A stretch of 64,000 nucleotides of DNA from Candidatus Latescibacterota bacterium (GTDB taxonomy: Bacteria; Latescibacterota; UBA2968; UBA8231): NCBI GenBank assembly GCA_965203175.1, contig OZ241867.1, forward strand, positions 1,600,001-1,664,000, given 5' to 3'. Below are positions 1-7,164 of the stretch, in pieces. The position numbers and the translations under genes were made by a program. How positions within the stretch are numbered: position 1 is the first letter of the stretch; each line of letters begins with the position of its first letter. The notes beneath the pieces are model-generated. The model searched no databases. It saw only the letters and a program-made list of their open reading frames with translations, and was not told the origin of the DNA.

Positions 1-2
1 CC

Positions 3-791
3 GCGCACGATTGGCACCCGGAACAGTTGCAGCGGTGCCGAGACGCGGTCGAAGCGCAGGGCTGCTTTATCGGCGAAGTGACCCTGTACCACTGTGGCTG
101 GCCCCTAGCCAGTCCCGATCCCGACATCCGCCGAGAAGCCAGCGAATCCTTATCTCAAGGCTTCCGCGCCGCCCGCGCCCTCAACGCCCACTGCGTCGGC
201 ATCAGCGTCATTGCCAACGGTCCCGAAGAAGGCGACCTGTGGTCCGACGAGGTCTGGCACCGGCTGGTACAGGGCATCGCCCAAGTAGCGACCGAGGCCG
301 AAAACCTAGGCATCGATTTGGGCATCCACCCCGGCAATCGCGGCCCGCTCGACGCACCCGCACAACTGCACCGCCTGCTCGACGACGTGGCCTCGCCGAG
401 GCTCAAAGTGATCCTCGATCCGGTCAATATGACTACCCACCGGACCTATTACAATACCACGGCCTTCCTCGACTACGCCTTCGATTTGCTAGGCCCGGAC
501 ATTATCGCAGCCCACGCCAAGGATGTGTCCTTGGACATTTCCCACTGGGTGACCAAACTCGACGAAGTGCCCCTAGGGATGGGCCAACTCGACTACGAGA
601 CCTATCTGAGACGTTTGGGAGACTTGGACGCGGACGTGCTGCTCACCATAGAGCACTACCGAGACGTCGGCGTTTCGGGCACGGTCGCCTCGCCAGTGTA
701 CGTCAACTACCCCGACACAGACTGGGAAAACACGCGGGCGCGCAATTACATTCACGAGTTGGCGCAAAAGGTGGGCGTGGAGGTCCATTAA
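3..791 (+). CDS. Sugar-phosphate isomerase/epimerase (xylose isomerase-like TIM barrel), 5'-truncated by window edge
   Basis: Frame is open from position 3. Family motifs ILDPVN, AHAKD, VPLGMGQLDY and LTIEH. Confidence 0.8.
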   Translation, partial: AHDWHPEQLQRCRDAVEAQGCFIGEVTLYHCGWPLASPDPDIRREASESLSQGFRAARALNAHCVGISVIANGPEEGDLWSDEVWHRLVQGIAQVATEAENLGIDLGIHPGNRGPLDAPAQLHRLLDDVASPRLKVILDPVNMTTHRTYYNTTAFLDYAFDLLGPDIIAAHAKDVSLDISHWVTKLDEVPLGMGQLDYETYLRRLGDLDADVLLTIEHYRDVGVSGTVASPVYVNYPDTDWENTRARNYIHELAQKVGVEVH

Positions 792-796
792 TGATC

Positions 797-822
797 CGCA
801 GATGGACGCAGATGGACGCAGA
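797..822 (+). repeat. Intergenic 10-bp tandem repeat (CGCAGATGGA)x2.6
   Basis: cgcagatgga-cgcagatgga-cgcaga lies 6 nt after the epimerase stop codon. Confidence 0.8.
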
Positions 823-915
823 ATGGTATTGACAAGATAAGCCGCTTCTCGAATCGTTCAGCTCATTCAGGATGGCTATATCGGCCCGCTTTTTTGCAAC
901 AAAAAGGATCGCGCC

Positions 916-2487
916 ATGAACCAACCCAAGATCATGTACTACCACGACGGTCGGCATCCCCACATCTACCGCTACGAGCCGCCCATGGCCCCCGAGGAAT
1001 ACGTCGCCTTGGTCGATGAATTGGCCGGCACCACGGTCGAAGCCATCGCCTTCTGCTTGGGCGAGGGCCGCACCATGCTGCACGACACTCGGGCCAGCGA
1101 GTTGATGGGGCACAATGTCGAGGTCTGGGATCACTACGTCTTTCGCCGCGCTTGGCAAAACGCCAAGTCCCTCATCGACGCTGGCCACGATCCCTTGCGC
1201 TTGGTCTGCGACCGTGCCCACGAGTTGGGCATTCAGGTTTATCCCCTCCTGATCGTCCAGCGCGGCGGCGTTGACCACGCCTCGACGCGCTGCTCCAATT
1301 TCCGCATTGAGAACCAGCATCTCGAAATTGGCGCGGCTGGCGATCTCGACCCGGACTACCCCGGCTTAGACGGCCTCGACTTCAAGCACCCAGAGGTCCG
1401 CGACGAGCGCTTTGCCATTGTCGAAGAAGTGATGAGCGAGTATCCATCCGACGGCTTTGAACTACAGCTCAACCAAATGCCCTATTTCTTCCACCCCGAC
1501 GAAATCGACGCTGGCCGCACCCTGATGACCGACTGGATCGGTCGGGTCCACGAAGCAGTCAAACACAGCGGCACCGACAAAGAGCTGGTGGTGCATATTC
1601 CCGACCGCCTGGAAGATTGCGCCCGCGCCGGACTCGACCCAGAGGAATGGGTCAAACGGGGTCTAGTCGATGTGATCGTCGCGGAAAATTTCGGCGAGAA
1701 CTACCGCTTGAAAATGCAAGCCGACTACGCGGAATTCCTCGGCCTCACCCAAGGGACGCCCTGCCGCCTATTGGCCCCCCTAAACGGCATGGTTTTTTCC
1801 GACCGTCTGCTCGACGCACCCTTGTCCATGCTGCGGGCCGCGGCCTGCAATTTTTGGGATCAAGGCGTTGACGGCCTTTATGTTTCCGAGTGGTTCCACT
1901 TGTGGCCGTACGAGGCGTCCTTTTACGAAAAGCTCAGAGAGTTGCCCTACCCCAGCATTATGGCAGCCAAGGACAAATACTACTTCTTGCTCACTAACAC
2001 CCAAGACGGCCCCGCAGTCAGTCGGCCCAATCCGCTACCGCGTCAATTGGATCTGAACCAACCCGTCGAATTGGAATTGACCATTGCCGACGACTTGCAA
2101 AAATGGGGGGAGGCCGACCGCGTCCACGAAGTTTTGCTGCGCTTCCGCATTCACGGCAATGTCGAGACCGATCGCATCCAATTTGCGCTCAACGGCCAAA
2201 TTTTGCCCGACGACCTGCGGCGCAAGATCAATTCGCTCTACAACATGGACGGCCCGCGCTATCGGGTGATGGGCGGATACTGGCACATTTTCAAATTGGA
2301 CGCGGCCCACTGGCCGGTGCGGGGTAAAAACCGCATTGAAGTGACGCTGTTGGAGCGCGACGCGGATTTAGCCGATCCCTACTGCACCCTGACCGATGTC
2401 GAGTTGGAAACTAAGTACCTCAAGGGCAGGAATTTCCACCGCACTTATGTCGATCCAGACTTGGGACCTTCCGAGCACAAGGTGTAA
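916..2487 (+). CDS. Glycoside hydrolase-like TIM-barrel protein (GHL10/DUF187-like) with C-terminal beta domain
   Basis: 523 aa, RBS AAGGA. Motifs YYHDG, LDFKHPEVR, DGFEL, GVDGLY. Paralog of 13765..15378. Confidence 0.6.
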   Translation: MNQPKIMYYHDGRHPHIYRYEPPMAPEEYVALVDELAGTTVEAIAFCLGEGRTMLHDTRASELMGHNVEVWDHYVFRRAWQNAKSLIDAGHDPLRLVCDRAHELGIQVYPLLIVQRGGVDHASTRCSNFRIENQHLEIGAAGDLDPDYPGLDGLDFKHPEVRDERFAIVEEVMSEYPSDGFELQLNQMPYFFHPDEIDAGRTLMTDWIGRVHEAVKHSGTDKELVVHIPDRLEDCARAGLDPEEWVKRGLVDVIVAENFGENYRLKMQADYAEFLGLTQGTPCRLLAPLNGMVFSDRLLDAPLSMLRAAACNFWDQGVDGLYVSEWFHLWPYEASFYEKLRELPYPSIMAAKDKYYFLLTNTQDGPAVSRPNPLPRQLDLNQPVELELTIADDLQKWGEADRVHEVLLRFRIHGNVETDRIQFALNGQILPDDLRRKINSLYNMDGPRYRVMGGYWHIFKLDAAHWPVRGKNRIEVTLLERDADLADPYCTLTDVELETKYLKGRNFHRTYVDPDLGPSEHKV

Positions 2488-2576
2488 CGAGCGGGGCGGG
2501 TTTGCAGCGAAGAAAACCGGGGATTTTCAGTTTCTTAGAATTACTGCGATCCCATCCTACAGGGATTTCGTGTGGT

Positions 2577-2602
2577 CAAGGCACTAACACAAGGCACTGA
2601 CA
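2577..2602 (+). repeat. 13-bp tandem duplication at left edge of accessory islet
   Basis: caaggcactaaca / caaggcactgaca, 12/13 identical. Confidence 0.7.
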
Positions 2603-2618
2603 CGGCGACGGAACTAGC

Positions 2619-2882
2619 TTAATGCTCGGTGTCTTTGGGCGGATTGGGATCACGTCCTGGCGCAATCGTGTCCTTGCTTCTGATCTTGCCATTGACGCCT
2701 TTTGTGGTCAATTCGCCGCCACCTTGGTTTTGGAGCATCTGGCGTGCAGCCGCGTTAGCTGCCCGCTGGGTATCGTGCTTGCTTGACGCCCTTTCAGCGT
2801 CGTTTCGCTTGTTAATCCATTTGTCACCGCTCTTGTAGACGGTACGGTCTCTGCCCTTACCGCCACCTTTGCCTGTGCTCAT
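2619..2882 (-). CDS. DUF2188 domain-containing protein
   Basis: 87 aa. Pattern W.NKR...ERAS..HDTQ..A..AAR....GEL...G.NGKIRSKDT...DP.PP.D. ATGA overlap with the upstream gene. Confidence 0.8.
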   Translation of the reverse strand: MSTGKGGGKGRDRTVYKSGDKWINKRNDAERASSKHDTQRAANAAARQMLQNQGGGELTTKGVNGKIRSKDTIAPGRDPNPPKDTEH

Positions 2883-3898
2883 GTTTCAGTCTCCTTAGTT
2901 GAGGGTTCGGAAGCCATGCCTGCGGTCAGTTTTTCGATCAGTACCAGACAGTTGCAAACGGTAGCCGCCCGAATAACGAGACGCTGCCCGACGCGATATG
3001 TGGTGTCGCCGGTGCGGTCGATGTAGTCGGCGTCAACTATGCCCTGCGCGTGTGCGAGGAGATGACGCTGCTGAAAATAACATGTGAGTGTGTCGAGTTC
3101 GGCAGAAGTGAGGTAATCGCTGTATCGTCTGCCTGTGACCGCATGCCAGAGGTTGCTGCCTTCGGTAAGGTTTTGGAAGGCGTGGCGGCGTGGCGGCGAA
3201 GAGGACGGATACCTCGCATACAACGCCTCCGCGTAGCGTTGGAAGGCCATAACAGCGTGTTGCAGTCCGTTTTCGACAAGCAGCCGCGCAGTCGTCTCGG
3301 AGATGTCCCGATCGGAAATAGCTGTACGGATGCTATCGAGCTCATCGAGCGCGTTGCGAATGCTGGTGATGGACTGGTTGAACATCAGATCTACTGCGTT
3401 GTGTCCGCAGACAGGACAAAAGAAGGCTGCACCAATGACTGCATAGCGGCATTCGCATTTAGAGCAGATGATCTTGATCTGCATTGATTCCGCTGCGGTC
3501 GGTAGCGGAATAGGACGAGGACGACTATTCACGTTCATCGTCATGGTGATCAAGCTATTGCGGGGTTGTCGGCGATTCCACCGATCGGCGTCGCGCTTCA
3601 TGGCACGGTCGATACGGCGCTCTATATGAGACAAGGCAACCCTCTCCGCATGCTCGCGCTGTTCCTGAGTCTGCCATGCGTTGGAATCAGCCGTATAGCC
3701 GCAGAATGGGCAAAAGACTTCTTCATCGCGCACCTTGTCGCTCCAGTCGTCCTCGTGGATTTTGAACGAGAACTGACACTCGGACGACGGACACTGGCGG
3801 TCGAAGTACCCATCAGCATCCGAGGGTAGGGTTACGGTTACTGATATCTCGTGCCTGCCATCGAGGCGGTGCAACTCGCGTAGCAATTCGTCAAACAT
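2879..3898 (-). CDS. Double zinc-ribbon protein with C-terminal HEPN-like RNase domain (putative toxin/effector)
   Basis: 339 aa. Four Cys pairs (CPSSEC, CPFC, CSKC, CPVC). Helical C-terminal half with Rx4H motif RHLLAHAQGIVD. RBS GGAG. Confidence 0.65.
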   Translation of the reverse strand: MFDELLRELHRLDGRHEISVTVTLPSDADGYFDRQCPSSECQFSFKIHEDDWSDKVRDEEVFCPFCGYTADSNAWQTQEQREHAERVALSHIERRIDRAMKRDADRWNRRQPRNSLITMTMNVNSRPRPIPLPTAAESMQIKIICSKCECRYAVIGAAFFCPVCGHNAVDLMFNQSITSIRNALDELDSIRTAISDRDISETTARLLVENGLQHAVMAFQRYAEALYARYPSSSPPRRHAFQNLTEGSNLWHAVTGRRYSDYLTSAELDTLTCYFQQRHLLAHAQGIVDADYIDRTGDTTYRVGQRLVIRAATVCNCLVLIEKLTAGMASEPSTKETET

Positions 3899-3910
3899 CG
3901 AGTATCTCCA

Positions 3911-4783
3911 TCATCGCCTAAACCTCGGTTGCCAGGATTCTATCAGGGCTTCTTCTTCCTCAATCTCCTCGGGATCGGGCAGGTTGAGGGCAGTCAGGAC
4001 CGTAAGGGTTTTGCCGTATTTGCCAAGGCCAACTACTTCCTCAGTAATTTCGACGCTATGAGGTCCGTTAAACCAGTCCTGTAGATCGGACATGTCTTCG
4101 TCGTGGTCCGCGTCGCGGACACGATCCTCATCCTGATTAAAGGCAAATGTCTTGGTGTTTTTGGGGAGGGGATGGCGTTTGCGAATCCAGTCGAGGCCGT
4201 CCACTTCTTTCAGGGCATCAGACATGAAACAGTAGTCTATACGATCACCAATGCTTAGAACGATAGCTACGGGGTCACGGGTACATTGCGTATAACGGAT
4301 TGCGGTCGCGGTCCGGGAGGTCTGGCAAAGATCGGCTAAGAAGTCGATTGCAGCCAGTCCGTCGCCGGCGTCTCGCATGGCTTTGGTAAACAGGAAAGTC
4401 GGCATCAGGAGGCCTGCGGCAAAACGATCAGCTTCCATCTCGTAGCGGTCACCGGAAGTGAAATCAGCGCGTGATTGGTGGGAGCCGTTGACGAGTACGG
4501 CGTCGATATGGCCGGGCAGAAAGTAATGCCCGAGTTCGTGCGCGATACTGAAGTGCTGAAATCCGATGTTGTCAATATGGGTAGCATAAGCGATCCCGAA
4601 TTGGTCGCCGACACGCAGCAGCATACCGGAAACGCCAGGCACGCGGGTGGGTTTGGGGTAGACCTCGATGCCGAGACTTTGCGCCAAAGTGATTGGATCA
4701 ACGGGTAATGTGGTGATGCCGTGGTCCTTGACGACTTTCTCGCCGACGAGGGTGGCAAACCAGTAAGGATCGTTGTGGTTCAC
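3911..4783 (-). CDS. ImmA/IrrE (CapP-like) Zn metallo-endopeptidase
   Basis: 290 aa. FSIAHELGH (HExxH) and EMEADRFAAGLLMP. HTH-like middle and extra C-terminal domain as in IrrE/CapP. GTGA overlap with the XRE gene. Confidence 0.9.
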   Translation of the reverse strand: MNHNDPYWFATLVGEKVVKDHGITTLPVDPITLAQSLGIEVYPKPTRVPGVSGMLLRVGDQFGIAYATHIDNIGFQHFSIAHELGHYFLPGHIDAVLVNGSHQSRADFTSGDRYEMEADRFAAGLLMPTFLFTKAMRDAGDGLAAIDFLADLCQTSRTATAIRYTQCTRDPVAIVLSIGDRIDYCFMSDALKEVDGLDWIRKRHPLPKNTKTFAFNQDEDRVRDADHDEDMSDLQDWFNGPHSVEITEEVVGLGKYGKTLTVLTALNLPDPEEIEEEEALIESWQPRFRR

Positions 4784-5136
4784 TCGTCGGACTTTCGCTT
4801 GGTAGCCCTTTTGGAGAGGAGTTTGAGGAAATCCTCGGCAATGTCGCGGTCTTCGCTCGTCAACAGGTCAAAATGACGGTACAGCCTGTCAGCACCGGCC
4901 AACGCATCGGTATCGGTGACGCGACCGAGTAGGTAATCCGTGGTGACGTCGAGGGCGTCCGCTAGGCGGCGGAGATTATCGAAGGATGGCTTGCGAGCTC
5001 CGGTCTCGAAATGAGAAATAGCAGAGGCTTGCATGCCTGAGCGTTTTGCCAGTTCGCCTTGGCTAAGGTCTCGCTTCTCTCGGGCAGCGCGAAGGCGCTC
5101 GGGAAATCTACCGGTAATTGGGGTTGACTCTTCCAT
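4780..5136 (-). CDS. XRE-family HTH repressor (CapH/ImmR-like)
   Basis: 118 aa. RLRAARE..LSQGELA..SAISHFETGARKPS..LADALDVTTDYLLG, plus a short C-terminal helical domain. Confidence 0.92.
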   Translation of the reverse strand: MEESTPITGRFPERLRAAREKRDLSQGELAKRSGMQASAISHFETGARKPSFDNLRRLADALDVTTDYLLGRVTDTDALAGADRLYRHFDLLTSEDRDIAEDFLKLLSKRATKRKSDE

Positions 5137-5146
5137 GCGGATTCCG

Positions 5147-5232
5147 TATAGTCTTCTATAGACGTATTCGTAAACACCATTTTGGCCTTTTTTTGGCCCT
5201 TGGTGTAGACGAATTATTCATAATATATATGA
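5147..5232. promoter_or_regulatory. AT-rich divergent promoter/operator with 14-bp inverted repeat
   Basis: attcgtaaacacca (5166-5179) and tggtgtagacgaat (5201-5214) are 12/14 complementary. Also palindrome tatag-tctt-ctata (5147-5160) and cataatatatatg. Confidence 0.6.
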
Positions 5233-5261
5233 CGGTAACGGCAAGCACAAGGAGGAAAACC

Positions 5262-5675
5262 ATGGCCGCCAAGAGTTACATCCTTAACTTTAAGGGATAC
5301 TGGCCCGAACCCAATATCGCTGGTCTGCCCGCTGAGTCTGGCATCTATTGTGTCTATGCGTGTACAAACCACCCCAACGAGGTTCGGATCCGGAAGCTTC
5401 TATACATCGGCGAGTCGGATAATATCTGTGAGCGTGTGAAGGGACACGAGCGTTGGGACGACTGGAGGAGCGAGCTGCAACTCGGCGAGGTGCTATGTTT
5501 CAATGCTGCGCTGATCAGTCCGAAGTCGGATCGGGAGCGGGCGGAGGCAGCGATGATCTACGAGCATAAGCCACCTTGCAACGTCGAGTACGTGAATCAC
5601 TTTCCGTTTGACACGACTTCGATCCAGACCACGGGCAAGACCTGCCTGCTGAAAGCCCGCTTCACGGTGCCCTAG
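5262..5675 (+). CDS. Standalone GIY-YIG nuclease
   Basis: 137 aa from ATG after RBS GGAGG (the ORF-track start at 5118 is an extension). SGIY..LLYIGES..ERV..H..AEA..KPPCN. Confidence 0.85.
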   Translation: MAAKSYILNFKGYWPEPNIAGLPAESGIYCVYACTNHPNEVRIRKLLYIGESDNICERVKGHERWDDWRSELQLGEVLCFNAALISPKSDRERAEAAMIYEHKPPCNVEYVNHFPFDTTSIQTTGKTCLLKARFTVP

Positions 5676-5884
5676 ACCATGCGGCAAGGGCTGGGCTCGA
5701 CGCTACTCGGAGGTGGGCGGTGGACAAAGCGATGAACCGGGAGTATTGCAGTGCCATCATTCCCAAGATGATTACGCGGATTAAAATGTTATAGGCCAAT
5801 CCGGGCACGCCAAGTAGCACGATGCTGCTATGTATTAGGCACAAGATGAATATGCCGAACACCGCGCTGACGACCGTGCCGAGA
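5662..5884 (-). pseudogene. C-terminal fragment of an RbsC-type sugar ABC permease
   Basis: Reads LGTVVSAVFGIFILCLIHSSIVLLGVPGLAYNILIRVIILGMMAL, like the last two TM helices of RbsC permeases. No convincing start or RBS; abuts the racemase stop. Confidence 0.5.
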
Positions 5885-7126
5885 TCATCGCTCCAACACC
5901 GTCCCCTCCTCCACCAACCGCGCCATCATCTGAGCGAATTCAGGCGTGCCGTCGTCGTCCCAGTACTCGGTCTCAATGGGCGCGGCGTAGCTGTGTGGCA
6001 TCCCGCCCCGGGTCCAGTCGGGCCGGATCAGGAAATGGCGCGTCGTCAGGGGGTCGTATCTGTTGTACATGCGCGTCCCATTGGCGAATTGCGATTTGAC
6101 GATCCACGGCTTGATAGGCGGCAATTCCCGGCTCGCTAGCCGTTCCAACTCGTCGCGGTCCAAGGTCAAACCTAGGCCGGGTTTTTCCGGCACTCGAATG
6201 AGTCCGTTGACAGGCTCTAGGCGCTCGCTCACCACCTCGTCCTTGAGAATTTCGCTGCTGTCGACAAAGTGAAAGGTGGCGGAGGGAAAGGTCGCCATCA
6301 TGTGGCAGACCATGGCCCGGGTGATCGTGCCGCCCACGTTTTGCAACATGAACGGTATATTGCCAGCGGCGAACAAACCGGCGGCGCGGATTGCATCGCC
6401 AAATTTCTGGTGGCCGCGCATGTACACGTCTCCCGCCCCCATCAGCACCTCGTACGTGGCGTCCAGCGGCGCTTGATGGCGGACGATGGGCAGGGGAATG
6501 CGCCGGCGCAAGTCAATCGACGCCAAGGTGTCGCCGGCATTGATCGAATCTTCAAAGCAGCCGGCAATGGGATATTGGGCCAACTTAGCCAGCAGGTCCG
6601 GCATGTAGTCATCGGTGCCGCCGCCGGTGAAATCGTAGTGGATCTTGAACCCGGGCGGGGCCACGGCCTGCATGGCGTCGGTCTGATCGAAGACATTCTC
6701 AAAGGGCGACAGGTGGAACTTGAGCCAAGTGTAGCCTTGGGCGGCGTATTGTTCCACGGCCTCGGCCATGTGGCTGGGGGCGCTCGACACAGTCCAACTG
6801 CCCACCGGCACCCACGAGCGGTACTTCTGGCCGAAGAGCTTGTACACTGGCACGCCTACGGCTTGGCCCATCAAATCGTACATGGCCGTGCCCAGCCCGA
6901 TGGAGACTTCGTCTCCCATCCACTCGAAGGGGTTGCTACCCACATATTGGTCAATGACTTCCTGCGGCTCGGTGCGGCCGCTCTCGCCTAGGCCGATCAG
7001 ACCGGTATCGGTGTGGGCCACGTACACCGTGCGCCGGGTCACGCCTTGGTAGTGGCTGACCGGATAGGCGATCCAGTCTTGGTACTCTAGGCTGATTTCG
7101 TGTACTTCTATCTCAGTGACTTTCAC
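5885..7126 (-). CDS. Mandelate racemase/muconate lactonizing (enolase superfamily) protein, atypical active site
   Basis: MKVTEIEV, HTDTGLIGLGE, AMYDLMGQAVGVPVYKLFG, VPEKPGLGL. GTG start with RBS AAGGAGG. Confidence 0.85.
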   Translation of the reverse strand: MKVTEIEVHEISLEYQDWIAYPVSHYQGVTRRTVYVAHTDTGLIGLGESGRTEPQEVIDQYVGSNPFEWMGDEVSIGLGTAMYDLMGQAVGVPVYKLFGQKYRSWVPVGSWTVSSAPSHMAEAVEQYAAQGYTWLKFHLSPFENVFDQTDAMQAVAPPGFKIHYDFTGGGTDDYMPDLLAKLAQYPIAGCFEDSINAGDTLASIDLRRRIPLPIVRHQAPLDATYEVLMGAGDVYMRGHQKFGDAIRAAGLFAAGNIPFMLQNVGGTITRAMVCHMMATFPSATFHFVDSSEILKDEVVSERLEPVNGLIRVPEKPGLGLTLDRDELERLASRELPPIKPWIVKSQFANGTRMYNRYDPLTTRHFLIRPDWTRGGMPHSYAAPIETEYWDDDGTPEFAQMMARLVEEGTVLER

Positions 7127-7164
7127 GACGCCTCCTTATTGGTTTGGTCGTTAAAAACCGCAGA

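Noticed and set aside
11-832. 273-aa Arg/Pro-rich ORF
   Set aside because: Alternative-frame shadow of the epimerase with no recognisable motifs.
829-860. Perfect TTGACA upstream of 916
   Set aside because: No credible -10 element at 16-18 bp spacing.
5118-5261. N-terminal extension of the GIY-YIG ORF
   Set aside because: It crosses the AT-rich operator and overlaps the XRE start, whereas ATG 5262 has a strong GGAGG RBS.
2488-5885. Islet as prophage, ICE or CBASS
   Set aside because: No integrase, att repeats, phage genes or CD-NTase. Only the regulator pair is shared with those elements.
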